A stretch of DNA of 64,000 nt. Source: an uncultured Ferruginibacter sp. GTDB taxonomy: Bacteria > Bacteroidota > Bacteroidia > Chitinophagales > Chitinophagaceae. Each line of letters starts with the position of its first letter. The stretch's first letter is position 1. This document shows, in pieces, positions 38,238 through 48,261 of this stretch. The position numbers and the translations under genes are program-made. The notes below the pieces were generated by a model. It saw only the letters and a program-made list of their open reading frames with translations, did not search any database and had not been told where the DNA came from. The stretch is from assembly GCA_964494815.1 (NCBI GenBank), contig CAZBTD010000003.1:4760-68759 (forward strand), in the 5' to 3' direction.

Positions 38238-39568
38238 TTTTTTACTTTCAGATAATCGAGCCAGCCCGGCGGCATTATAGCCTGCACAGCATCTGTTTTT
38301 AAATTTTCAGGTGTTGTTACTTTACCATTATAAGTAATCACTGGATCATTACCGGGCATAAAATTTTTTGCTGATGTAAGCAAAGGCACCAGGTTTACGT
38401 TCATACCCATCAGCGTTCCGAGACAGATGTCGTGCCATGCTGAACTATCTGTAAAAGCCACCATGCCAAGATTTAAAGGTTCAGGATCGAGTGGACCATC
38501 TCCTTGTCCTCCAATAATACCATCCGACAAACTGTAGAAAGATCGTTGTGGGGTATCCGCCACTGTTCCATCTGCCCGTCCATAGTTTACAATTGTATTA
38601 AGGTCGAGCACCATTCGCCAGGTAGTATCATTTCCATACCAGCCTGCAGCTATTTGGTGTACATTTTTAGGCAACGATAATTTCCAAAGCAATGAAGAAA
38701 GCCGCAGCCAAAACCAATAAATTTTTTTACCCTTGTGCCTGTTGGATTGATCAAGGCAAAGTTCTGCCCAATACCGCAGGCGGTTTGATCCGGGATAACA
38801 ATCTCCGCCCATGCCAGTGCCGCCAATGCGATGGTGTGGTAAAAAATCTTTATCGCCATTTAAACCCACAATATTTTTCAATGCTGCAGTAATGCCTGCT
38901 TTTTGATGTGTTTTTACTTTGGGTAAAGAGATAACCACATCGGCATTAAACAGCTCTTTTGTAATGCAGTATTTGTGCATACCTGCCGTATGTGATTCTT
39001 TAAACCGATCAGGATCATATAATGTAACCCTGAAATTATTTTTATCAGAAGTTGATAATGGCTCCAGGTAGCTTTTTTTGCCCAAATCAAAAATCAAATA
39101 TTCATCAATTGGTTTTCTTTCTTCCCTCATCACATTCTCCTCTGCATTAAATGTTACCCGTCTAAAATCTTTTAATACAACAGGCACATTGTATTGAACT
39201 GACAATTTTTGAACCGACTGTTTTAATTCTTCAGAAACCATCTTACTCCAATTGCAGCCCTGTACCGGTGCATCGCCAATCAACACCTGCAATGGTTTGC
39301 TTTGCAGCACAAATTCAAGTGCTGCCAGCAAAAAATTGTTATGGGTGCAAAGGCAAACTTCGTCATGCGGTTTTCTTCCATGCCTTACCCAGTTTGGCTT
39401 AAGCATCACACGCTTGCCCTTTACATTGTTCTCATTTAATGTTCCCCCGGCTACATCCTTTATAATATTCAAGAGCAGGCTGCTATTGTTGTAAACATTT
39501 TTCAATGCATCCAGCGATCTCTCAGCTTTATTGCTAAAAACAGGTTTGATATTTACAAAACTTGCCAT
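38234..39568 (-). CDS. DUF362 domain protein
   Basis: VMLKPNWV, CTH, GDAP, SLPKVKTH..AG.T.ALKN, DGIIGGQGDGP. Confidence 0.82.
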   Translation of the reverse strand: MASFVNIKPVFSNKAERSLDALKNVYNNSSLLLNIIKDVAGGTLNENNVKGKRVMLKPNWVRHGRKPHDEVCLCTHNNFLLAALEFVLQSKPLQVLIGDAPVQGCNWSKMVSEELKQSVQKLSVQYNVPVVLKDFRRVTFNAEENVMREERKPIDEYLIFDLGKKSYLEPLSTSDKNNFRVTLYDPDRFKESHTAGMHKYCITKELFNADVVISLPKVKTHQKAGITAALKNIVGLNGDKDFLPHHRIGGTGMGGDCYPGSNRLRYWAELCLDQSNRHKGKKIYWFWLRLSSLLWKLSLPKNVHQIAAGWYGNDTTWRMVLDLNTIVNYGRADGTVADTPQRSFYSLSDGIIGGQGDGPLDPEPLNLGMVAFTDSSAWHDICLGTLMGMNVNLVPLLTSAKNFMPGNDPVITYNGKVTTPENLKTDAVQAIMPPGWLDYLKVKK

Positions 39569-40728
39569 CAGGCAGCGGTGGTATTTTTGTTATTGGACGC
39601 AGTACTGTTCAAAATTATTTTACCAACAGCATCGGAAGTTGTGAACTCCACTTCGGGCCATGTGGCAACAATTTTTGTAAGCAGTGTTTTAAACGCTTTT
39701 AAATTTTGTTCCCTGTTTTGTTGATTAATGTATCCAATAAAATTGAGGCGGTGTGCACTTATGATGGCCGGCTTACCCCAAAAAAAAGCATTTTTAATTT
39801 CTTTAAGGCAACTGCTTACCCAATCTTGTGATGGGGCAGAACTTGGTTCAAACTCTGCATTTCTTACGAGGTAAACCTGTCCGATCGAATTACGCTGGCC
39901 GGTATAGTGCCTTTTATATTTATATCTATCCTGCCCCAAAACAGGTTCTCTCTGCATGCGGCCACCCTGCACTATTGTAATATCATTTTTCAAAAATGTA
40001 TTTTCGGTATGGCTATGCCATATGTAACATGGCGCTATTACAGATGCAGAACGGAAGCCCCATGCTTTTTCAAATAAGCCGGATGCTTCCTCAATTGTTT
40101 TATCAAGTAATAATAATTCCTCATTAGAACTTACGCTAAAACCATCAAGCCATTCTTTTTTACAGTTTGAACTCTTGCCTTTTGAAACGGTAACCATTTT
40201 TTCATCAAACGCTGCTATTGCTTCTTTATCATTTTGCTGCAGTGCCTTAAGCCAGTTGATAATATTGATATGCTCCCTCCCATGCAGTTGTGGCTTCAGC
40301 ATTTTTTTTTCTATACCTTCTTTGTGAAGTGCATATACTTTATCATGTGCAGGATATGATTGCAACGTTTCGAAAAAAGGCTCGAAAAAATAATTTGTAA
40401 AATTGGATGCTTTTATTTTTTCAAAATGAGGGTTGGCAACAATATTATTGGTGGTGATAATAGCTGGGTTTTTGTTGCAGTCCTTTACAGAGTACAGCAC
40501 TTCAAACAACTCCTCCATATCTTTGTTGCTTTCCAGTGCATCGTTACTATTGTACGCACACCTGTCAACTGGAAAACCCTTTTGAAAAAAACGATTATAT
40601 GCTTCTTTGGACGCCATTCTTATCATTCCCCAATCATCTGACTCTATAACCAATAGCTTACGGTTGGTATGCCAACCGCTTACGTTAGTGATGTTTTGCA
40701 TCACACTATTTTTTATTTTCGATAACAA
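39568..40728 (-). CDS. Polysaccharide deacetylase-like protein, paralog 2
   Basis: ESDDWG, QLHGREH, VIAPC, SAHRLNF; colinear with 25270-26388; TTG start. Confidence 0.65.
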   Translation of the reverse strand: MLSKIKNSVMQNITNVSGWHTNRKLLVIESDDWGMIRMASKEAYNRFFQKGFPVDRCAYNSNDALESNKDMEELFEVLYSVKDCNKNPAIITTNNIVANPHFEKIKASNFTNYFFEPFFETLQSYPAHDKVYALHKEGIEKKMLKPQLHGREHINIINWLKALQQNDKEAIAAFDEKMVTVSKGKSSNCKKEWLDGFSVSSNEELLLLDKTIEEASGLFEKAWGFRSASVIAPCYIWHSHTENTFLKNDITIVQGGRMQREPVLGQDRYKYKRHYTGQRNSIGQVYLVRNAEFEPSSAPSQDWVSSCLKEIKNAFFWGKPAIISAHRLNFIGYINQQNREQNLKAFKTLLTKIVATWPEVEFTTSDAVGKIILNSTASNNKNTTAA

Positions 40729-40739
40729 AGAAGGTATTT

Positions 40740-42023
40740 TTAGTGGCCTACAATAAATTCGGAGAGAGAAACTTTTGAATTTACCAGGAAGAACACTACC
40801 GGATTGCCCACCAGCAAAAGCGGATCAACAAAATAAAAACCTGCCCGGAGACTTACCAATACATGAATTACCATCACCGGATACATATAAAACCTGATAG
40901 TACGCAGATACCTGTTTTTAGAATTAAGGGCACATAACACCAATAATCTCACCAGGCATAGCAGGTAAAAAATATAGGAGAACCTGCCCAGCGAACCAAG
41001 ATTGGAAGTGAGGGCTGAAATGGAAAAAAACAACACATAAAGAGAATACCAGCTATCTAAATATTCATTTCTACGCCAACGGAATACACCAGCAAATTCA
41101 AGCAAGAAAATAGAGAAGAAACAATAAGTAATAAGCGTTTGTCGTGCTTTTACATACCAGTTTGCGGTATCTGCTTCTGTATTTTTTGCTTCAATGGTTT
41201 CCTCATCTGTATAACTGGTGGATACAGTTTTTACGGAGCTGTCGCCGAATAATTCTATTGCATCGGTTGCAAAACCCAAAAGCCCGGCCGTAGTGGACAG
41301 TACAAAAAAAGCAAGTGAAACAATTACTAGTATCCTCATTACAGCACGGGAAATATTAAGGAACCTGTATATAAGCAAAATACCCACCGGAAACATAAAT
41401 GTATAGTGCATTGTAATTGACACCGCAGCTAGAAGGATATAATAAACCTTTTTTGTCCGCAGATACTTCATTGTGAAAAGCATAAACCAAAACATGGCTG
41501 TCCAAAAACGTACCCCGGTAATGCCTACATAAAAGGGTACTATCAAGAGCAGTGAAGCAAAAAAGAAACGCCATACCTTATTTGTCTGCACACCTGCAAA
41601 CAATAATACTTCGTCTTTAAATTTTAATATCAAGTACACATATATTAGCGATACAACGCCAAAAAACCAACGTTCATTAGCAGTAAATCTTGTAAGAATA
41701 AACTGCAGTGTAAGTGCATACATATCGGGTTTGGAATTCACCACATTGTCGGGGAACAGGATGAACTTATCATCTGAAAAAGTATTCCTTAATAAATAGA
41801 GATAGTCACCCCAATCGTATTTAGCAGTAATGTCAAATGCATTTTTGTATTCCACCACATCGCCGCCAAAAAAGAAAACGGTAAACCCTAACCAAAAGGC
41901 AAAAACTAGTATGACTTTATGATATTGCTTGTCCCAAATGTGCTTTAATGATATTCCAAAAGCAATTGCAGGCAGCAAAAAGCTTAGAAAAAATATCGGT
42001 GAAGCATTTCCCCGTCTGATCAT
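40740..42023 (-). CDS. wzy: Wzy polymerase (EpsG family)
   Basis: About 10 TM; GGDVVEY, GVRF..A, SITMH; located among GT genes. Confidence 0.7.
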   Translation of the reverse strand: MIRRGNASPIFFLSFLLPAIAFGISLKHIWDKQYHKVILVFAFWLGFTVFFFGGDVVEYKNAFDITAKYDWGDYLYLLRNTFSDDKFILFPDNVVNSKPDMYALTLQFILTRFTANERWFFGVVSLIYVYLILKFKDEVLLFAGVQTNKVWRFFFASLLLIVPFYVGITGVRFWTAMFWFMLFTMKYLRTKKVYYILLAAVSITMHYTFMFPVGILLIYRFLNISRAVMRILVIVSLAFFVLSTTAGLLGFATDAIELFGDSSVKTVSTSYTDEETIEAKNTEADTANWYVKARQTLITYCFFSIFLLEFAGVFRWRRNEYLDSWYSLYVLFFSISALTSNLGSLGRFSYIFYLLCLVRLLVLCALNSKNRYLRTIRFYMYPVMVIHVLVSLRAGFYFVDPLLLVGNPVVFFLVNSKVSLSEFIVGH

Positions 42024-43207
42024 CTGCTATTATTGTTTCTTATGTTGGAAAACAATTGTTCCCAGTTACCAATAATTTTATCAAGGCTGAACTTTTGCAC
42101 AGTTATCATTCCATTCTGTGCAATGGCAATTCTTTTGTTTTCATCCGTCATCAGCAAAGCCAATTCCTGTGTATAGTTGAACATATTATAGGGTTCAATC
42201 AAAATTCCGTTGTGGCTGTGTTCAATAATTTCATGCACCGATGCAAAACAATTAAAAGCCACAGGAACCACTCCATAAGCCTGGCTTTCTACCAGCACCA
42301 TTCCAAATCCCTCAAAATCTGAAGTGAGTAAAAACACTTTTGCTTTTTCTAAAAAAGGCCGTGGGTCTTTAAACCCGTGGAACTGATAGCGCTCAAGTCC
42401 TTTTGCTTTGAAGCTATCTTCCAGCATTTTTTTTTCAGGGCCCTCACCTAAAATATCAATATGCCAGTCGAGAAATTGTTTTGAAAGTGTTTCCCATATC
42501 TCAATCAACCGCTCTACTCTTTTTTGATTGGTTTTTAAAACACCAATGAAGAGAAGCCTGTTTTCCTTTTTATCCAGCACACCATTTTGTACCTCAAAGG
42601 GTGCCGGGTTGCTGATAGCTGTTACTTTATCCCAGGGAATGTTGCTGCTGAAAAATTCCAGATCTTTTTTAAATGCTTCAGAAAGCAAAACAAGTTTATC
42701 GGAAACCTGCAGCACATACCGTAATGTTTTGGTAAACCTGTATTTAAAAAGTTGCTTTAAAAAAAACCAGGACAACTTGTTATTGATTACCGGGAACCAT
42801 TTGTGCTGTCCATAAGTATTGGTAAGTATACGGCGGTAATTATCATACAGGCATTTGATACAGTTGTGATGTTCTGTTATTAATAATACACCGGGCTGTT
42901 TTACTGCTGCCAGCAACTGTTGTATTTTATTGTGAAAGCCAGAATGGTTTACTATAACGGTGATACCGAGCCGTTTTATTAAATCCGAAAGATGTTCTGT
43001 ATTTTCCTTGCTGGTAATATTGTGATGGTTAATACAATAATACTGTGGCACACCGTTCATTATATCCTCTTCTGTTTTATCTACGGCATAATAATACACT
43101 TTATGCCCTTTTTCAATAAAGCCTTTTGCCAGGGTAGCCCCTACTCTCCCAACACCACCTGTGTTACCGCTTATTTTATATTCTGCTACAAAAAGAATAT
43201 GCTCCAT
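42020..43207 (-). CDS. GT4 glycosyltransferase
   Basis: GGVGRV, ISNP, QKRV, EGFGMVLVESQ. Confidence 0.9.
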   Translation of the reverse strand: MEHILFVAEYKISGNTGGVGRVGATLAKGFIEKGHKVYYYAVDKTEEDIMNGVPQYYCINHHNITSKENTEHLSDLIKRLGITVIVNHSGFHNKIQQLLAAVKQPGVLLITEHHNCIKCLYDNYRRILTNTYGQHKWFPVINNKLSWFFLKQLFKYRFTKTLRYVLQVSDKLVLLSEAFKKDLEFFSSNIPWDKVTAISNPAPFEVQNGVLDKKENRLLFIGVLKTNQKRVERLIEIWETLSKQFLDWHIDILGEGPEKKMLEDSFKAKGLERYQFHGFKDPRPFLEKAKVFLLTSDFEGFGMVLVESQAYGVVPVAFNCFASVHEIIEHSHNGILIEPYNMFNYTQELALLMTDENKRIAIAQNGMITVQKFSLDKIIGNWEQLFSNIRNNNSR

Positions 43208-43222
43208 CAAAACACTGCAGGT

Positions 43223-44146
43223 TTATAAACCCCTGCCGGTTATTTTCATAGTTATGTATAACAACCACACAGCCGGGTACATAGTTACACAAATGAATTT
43301 GCTGCCCACCGGTTTTACATTTTTAATAATTTTTAAAAAACCTTTGCCAGAAAGCAAACCATAAAATACCAAACCAAAATGATGACGCAGTTTATGTTTG
43401 TAATGACCATTTATTTTTGAAAGAAACTCATTTACCCAAAGGCTGTGTTCATGATAAGAAGCGCCGGCGTATTTACTGCGGCCTGATTTTGTCATTGCGG
43501 CAGTATTACTCTCTTCAATAAAGTAAGTTCGTAAAATAGTATTGAGATAAATGGTATTGTAAGCAAGCCCAATCTTGCCCCACATGGTGCCCTCTGAAAT
43601 GTATTGTGATTCGCTTGTATCAAACGGAAATCTTCGAAGTACTTCTGTTCTTGTGCATCCAAACCGCTCCTGTGTATATATATAATCCATGAACAATGTA
43701 AAATAATTACTCACTATAACTGGTTTTGGAAATTCATTGCCTACCGGTTTTCCGTGCTGGTCACGGCAACGGCACCAAATGCCTGCAATATTTTCTGCTC
43801 CATATTGATCCCATGTTTCATCAAACACTTTTAATGTATCTGCGTCAAAGGCGTCATCATGCCCGGCAATTACAAACAACTCTCCTTGTGCTTTTTCAAA
43901 CGCCATATTAAAATTATTGGACAGCATCTGGTTTTTTGCAAGATTGTAATATTGAATATCAAACGATGCTTTGCTTCGGTATGCTTCAATTATTTCATGA
44001 GTGTTATCTTTTGAAGCATCATTAATTACCAGCCATTCAAAATTTTTAAACTGCTGACTTTCCAAACTTTCAATTACCCGGTGAATAAACTTTGCTGAGT
44101 TATAACAGGGCGTAAATATGGTAAAGCGATATTTATAAGGCTGCAT
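43223..44146 (-). CDS. GT2 glycosyltransferase
   Basis: [26 protein letters not shown]. Confidence 0.9.
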   Translation of the reverse strand: MQPYKYRFTIFTPCYNSAKFIHRVIESLESQQFKNFEWLVINDASKDNTHEIIEAYRSKASFDIQYYNLAKNQMLSNNFNMAFEKAQGELFVIAGHDDAFDADTLKVFDETWDQYGAENIAGIWCRCRDQHGKPVGNEFPKPVIVSNYFTLFMDYIYTQERFGCTRTEVLRRFPFDTSESQYISEGTMWGKIGLAYNTIYLNTILRTYFIEESNTAAMTKSGRSKYAGASYHEHSLWVNEFLSKINGHYKHKLRHHFGLVFYGLLSGKGFLKIIKNVKPVGSKFICVTMYPAVWLLYITMKITGRGL

Positions 44147-45242
44147 AAAATTCTTTAATTACACCAGCAACCTGCTGCACCATTTCCTTTGTCATGCCGG
44201 GCCATAATGGGATACTTAAACAAGTGTCAGCAATTTTTTCTGCCAAGGGGAAATCTCCTTTTTTATATCCGAGATGCAGGTATGCCTGCTGCATATGAGG
44301 CGGTATAGGGTAGTGTATCAGTGTGCCGATATTATTATTGGTAAGATGCTGTTGCAATGCGTCTCTGTGTGCTGTGCGTATTACATACAGATGATAAACA
44401 TGCGTAGCCTGCAAATGTGTTTTAGGTAAAATAATATCGCCTGTGTTTGGCAGCACTTCATCATACCATGCTGCTATCTGCTGCCTTTGGGCTGTCCATT
44501 GCATCAGCGCCGGAAGTTTTACTGACAGTAATGCAGCCTGCAATTCATCCAGCCGCATATTGTAACCGATGGTTTCATTTTTATATTTTACTTGTGAACC
44601 ATAGTTACGAAGCACTTTTAATTTTTGCGCCAGGGTTTCATCATTGGTTGTTATTGCGCCGGCATCACCTAATGCTCCTAAATTTTTTCCTGGATAAAAA
44701 CTGGTGCCATTGGCATGCCCAAAACTGCCAGTAACTTTTCCATTAAAGGTAGCGCCGTGTGCTTGTGCATTGTCTTCAACAACATAGAGACCATGCTTAT
44801 CAGCAATCTGCATAATAGCATCCATTTCGCAAGCCTGCCCATACAAATGTACAGGCATAATGGCTTTTGTTTTAGAAGTAATGGCCGCTTCAATAGCTGC
44901 CGGGCTGATGTTATATGTCTCTATATCTGGTTCTGCAAATACGGGTGTGGCCCCAGTGTAAGAAACAGCGAGTGCAGATGCGATATAAGTGTTAGACGGC
45001 ACTATTACTTCATCCCCTTGTTTTATACCAAGTGCTTTTAATGATAAATGTAAAGCATCAAGCCCGTTGGCAACCCCTACGGCATATTTGGTTTTATTAA
45101 ACACTGCATATTCTTCCTCAAATGTTACCATCCTGCTGCCCATGATATACCAATAACTGTCATACACTTCTTCAAATGCCTGCAGCATAGCAGGCTTTAT
45201 TGCCTGGTGCATGTATTCAAAACTCAGAAAAGGAATTTTCAT
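44133..45242 (-). CDS. dTDP-3-amino-3,6-dideoxyhexose aminotransferase (QdtB/FdtB-like)
   Basis: [44 protein letters not shown]. Confidence 0.9.
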   Translation of the reverse strand: MKIPFLSFEYMHQAIKPAMLQAFEEVYDSYWYIMGSRMVTFEEEYAVFNKTKYAVGVANGLDALHLSLKALGIKQGDEVIVPSNTYIASALAVSYTGATPVFAEPDIETYNISPAAIEAAITSKTKAIMPVHLYGQACEMDAIMQIADKHGLYVVEDNAQAHGATFNGKVTGSFGHANGTSFYPGKNLGALGDAGAITTNDETLAQKLKVLRNYGSQVKYKNETIGYNMRLDELQAALLSVKLPALMQWTAQRQQIAAWYDEVLPNTGDIILPKTHLQATHVYHLYVIRTAHRDALQQHLTNNNIGTLIHYPIPPHMQQAYLHLGYKKGDFPLAEKIADTCLSIPLWPGMTKEMVQQVAGVIKEFYAAL

Positions 45243-46453
45243 TACTGCTGTACTATTTTTTTATCATTGTTTTCAAGATATTCAATCACATGATTGTTAC
45301 CATATTTCTTTGCGTATTGCAGCAGGCTTATTCCTTCATAATCTTCTTGTTCTTTACTTGCTCCATTTTGTAAAAGCAAATCCATCACATCTGTCCGGTT
45401 GCTTTTGCAAGCTGCGGTCATCGAATACATCAGCACGCTGGTACCATTATTATTTACGCTGTTTACATCGGCACCATTTTGCAAAAGCCATTTACATACT
45501 TCCGCCTGCTCATTATACGCTGCTACAATCAATGCGTCCCAGCCTTTTGTATTTTTTTCTGTAAGATTATGTCCGTGCTGTTTTAGTTCTTTAAGCAGGG
45601 TTAAATTGCCCGCTGTAGCGGCGTCTAATATTTTTTGCAATGCATCTTTATAAATACATACATTGTAATCAACGCTTGCAATTAAAAAAAAAGTTTCTGT
45701 TTCCTTTAATAATATGCCTGGCTTTTCAAGAGATTTTTCATTGGTGGCTACTGCATGTGTTATTTCTTGCCCGTTAAATTTTGGTAACTGATATACCCTG
45801 AATGCAAAGGCCCTGATTTGATTTTGTATTTCCCAGGCTGTTTTATTATAATCAATGGCCAGGTTTTTAAAATCAATGGTTGCTTTTGAATAATAACTGG
45901 CGCCTTTTGCTTCTTGCGGAAACGAAGTGAAATTTTCATCCAGTAATGCCTGAATATTTTTTTCAAACAATACGGCTGAATGCCTCAGATAGCTTTTATA
46001 TAAATCCAACCCATTAAAATGGAGTGGTATATCAAACTCAACATGATCAATTATATCACCGGTATCAATACCCCGATCGATATAATGCAACGTAACACCG
46101 CCTTTACTTTCAGCATTCACAAGTGGCCATATCGAAGTGTACATGCCCTTGTAAGCAGGCAGATTAGAAAAATGAATATTAAAAAGCCGCTTAGTAGAAA
46201 ATTTTCCTGGTTTTATCAGCCGGTCGTATTCCAGTGAAATAAAAAGCAGGTTGTCTATCGAATATAATTCATCCAATGAAACAATTTTAACACCCAGCCT
46301 TTCACATATTTTTTTGTAAGAAGGTTGCCAGCCATGCTCACCATTGTCTGTTTTATTGGTACAAGCGACAATACTGGTAATGGGCACTCCTTTTTTGAGC
46401 AACCATTGCAGTGCAAAAACTGCAATTTCATTTTTACCTGCAATACAAATCAT
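45242..46453 (-). CDS. Sugar N-formyltransferase with C-terminal ankyrin repeats (QdtF-like)
   Basis: [12 protein letters not shown] and GIDTGD catalytic motifs; ankyrin GWDALIVAA...[16 protein letters not shown]. Confidence 0.88.
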   Translation of the reverse strand: MICIAGKNEIAVFALQWLLKKGVPITSIVACTNKTDNGEHGWQPSYKKICERLGVKIVSLDELYSIDNLLFISLEYDRLIKPGKFSTKRLFNIHFSNLPAYKGMYTSIWPLVNAESKGGVTLHYIDRGIDTGDIIDHVEFDIPLHFNGLDLYKSYLRHSAVLFEKNIQALLDENFTSFPQEAKGASYYSKATIDFKNLAIDYNKTAWEIQNQIRAFAFRVYQLPKFNGQEITHAVATNEKSLEKPGILLKETETFFLIASVDYNVCIYKDALQKILDAATAGNLTLLKELKQHGHNLTEKNTKGWDALIVAAYNEQAEVCKWLLQNGADVNSVNNNGTSVLMYSMTAACKSNRTDVMDLLLQNGASKEQEDYEGISLLQYAKKYGNNHVIEYLENNDKKIVQQ

Positions 46454-46869
46454 TTAAGGCTGCGATATGATTTAAATGTTTCATAATCCCGGATGTAATC
46501 ATTTTCGTTGTATTCATGCGATGCCAGCACCAAACAAATAGAACCGGAAGAAAAATTCATTTCCTGCGCCCATATGCCAGGGGGGATATGAAGACCCATA
46601 CTTGGCCTGTTAAGTAATACCTGTCGTTGCACACGGCCGTCATCCATCAGCACTTCAAAAGAGCCGCTTGCAGCAATTAAAAATTGATGGCAGTCTTTGT
46701 GTGCATGAGCGCCACGACTTTCTCCGCCAGGAATATCATAGAGATAAAAAACCCTTTTAACATCAAAGGGAATTTCAAAGCCATTGTTGATTGCAGTGAT
46801 ATGGCCATTACGATCACCAAGCTGTGGCAACATTATCAGGGGGCAATCAAATACATTTGTTTTATGCAT
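46450..46869 (-). CDS. dTDP-4-keto-6-deoxyglucose 3,4-ketoisomerase (QdtA/FdtA cupin), copy 2
   Basis: DRNG.I, VKRVFYLYD, RGAHAH, YIRDY. Start moved to ATG 46869. Confidence 0.88.
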   Translation of the reverse strand: MHKTNVFDCPLIMLPQLGDRNGHITAINNGFEIPFDVKRVFYLYDIPGGESRGAHAHKDCHQFLIAASGSFEVLMDDGRVQRQVLLNRPSMGLHIPPGIWAQEMNFSSGSICLVLASHEYNENDYIRDYETFKSYRSLK

Positions 46870-47266
46870 GCTGCGGCATTTGTTTAAAGGTTGCAAAATC
46901 CCTGATATAATCATCAGCTGTAAACATGCTGCTGCTTAAATGCAATCCAAGGGAATTGGTTGAAAAATTTTCCATGTGCCGCCAGCTTAATGCAGGAAGA
47001 TAAAGGCCGTAGTAACTCCTGTTAAGAGAAAATTTTTGCTGGCTTCCGTCTGCATTGGTTATCACCACATCAAAACTGCCGCTTAATGCAATGATTATTT
47101 CCTGTTGTTGTTTATAAGCATGTGCTCCCCTTGTTTCTCCACCCGGCACATCATATGTCCAAAACACTCTTTTAATTACAAAAGGCACCTGCTGTGGATT
47201 TTGCAGGAAAGTGAGGTTTCCTCTTTTATCAATAATTTTTGGAAACTGTAGTATTTGTGCTTCCAT
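46862..47266 (-). CDS. QdtA/FdtA-family 3,4-ketoisomerase, copy 1
   Basis: DKRGNL, IKRVFW, RGAHAY, YIRDF. Confidence 0.85.
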   Translation of the reverse strand: MEAQILQFPKIIDKRGNLTFLQNPQQVPFVIKRVFWTYDVPGGETRGAHAYKQQQEIIIALSGSFDVVITNADGSQQKFSLNRSYYGLYLPALSWRHMENFSTNSLGLHLSSSMFTADDYIRDFATFKQMPQHA

Positions 47267-47289
47267 ATTTGTTTCAAAAAATTTTACAG

Positions 47290-48258
47290 TTAATATTCAC
47301 CAATGCAGTTGTCACCCTGTTGCACCAGGCAATGCAATAACTCTTCCTGTGCTTCAACATCAACAAAACCATTTAAGGATTCGAATGTGGTAAGCGTTGA
47401 CAAATGCGCTGCTGCATTTTTTAAATAGCGGCCATACAGATTAGGTTCGCTGAAAATTTTATCATCGCCTTCCGGTGAAAAATAAATGGCTTTGTTTTTA
47501 AAAAAAATTATGTCTGCCATGCTGGAAGAAACATCTGTTACCACGATATCGTACTTTTCATTTTGCAGCAAATTATATAAACTACCCTGCACTTTTTCAA
47601 ACCCCTCAATCGGTTTGCTCATAGTAGCCTGGTATGGATGTTCCTTTAAAAAAACCTTACAGCCATCTTGAACCAGTTTGTTCATAAAAGGAATAAGAAT
47701 GCTCATCCGCTGTTGCTTAAATGGTGCTATTACCACCAATATTTTTTTTTGTGCCGAAGTAACACGATATGTAAACTGCTGCCTGTTGTATTCATTGAAT
47801 GGCGGGTTGCCAAAAACAGGAAAGCTTCTTTTTTTTCCAGTATTATATTTTTCCAGCAGGTCTTTAAAATAATTGCTCCAGCAGAGCATCACCTGGCATT
47901 TAGCAATGCGGTGAGGTATATCTGTAATATTGCCGGCTACATACGCACCATGTTGCACCACTATAAACTTGCTTGCTGTATTTTTTTTGCACCATACAAA
48001 ATACAATGTATGCAATCTTGTAATCCAGTTAATATCGATTATATACTTTGGCTTGAACAGTGATAAAAAAAATGCCATTATATCATACCGGCGTTTGCTG
48101 TTTCGCCCTGCAATTGCAGTGCATTTCCACAACAACAAAGGATTGATAAAGATGTATTGTTGTTTATTGGCTTCATTAATGAGTGCGTTGCTATTGCGGT
48201 GAGGTGCAAAAAACACCAGGTGCTTTTTGGTAAACAGGTACAGGATTTTTGCAATCAT
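47290..48258 (-). CDS. Hypothetical GT-B-like protein, candidate CMP-nonulosonate transferase
   Basis: VQHG, KEHP, DVSSS motifs; next to wzx and the pse genes. Confidence 0.5.
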   Translation of the reverse strand: MIAKILYLFTKKHLVFFAPHRNSNALINEANKQQYIFINPLLLWKCTAIAGRNSKRRYDIMAFFLSLFKPKYIIDINWITRLHTLYFVWCKKNTASKFIVVQHGAYVAGNITDIPHRIAKCQVMLCWSNYFKDLLEKYNTGKKRSFPVFGNPPFNEYNRQQFTYRVTSAQKKILVVIAPFKQQRMSILIPFMNKLVQDGCKVFLKEHPYQATMSKPIEGFEKVQGSLYNLLQNEKYDIVVTDVSSSMADIIFFKNKAIYFSPEGDDKIFSEPNLYGRYLKNAAAHLSTLTTFESLNGFVDVEAQEELLHCLVQQGDNCIGEY

Positions 48259-48261
48259 ATA

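Noticed and set aside
25251-47750. A9/T9 tracts in coding regions (25251, 26321, 45684, 47742) as phase-variation switches
   Set aside because: All are in frame, encode Lys/Phe runs and are expected in AT-rich DNA.
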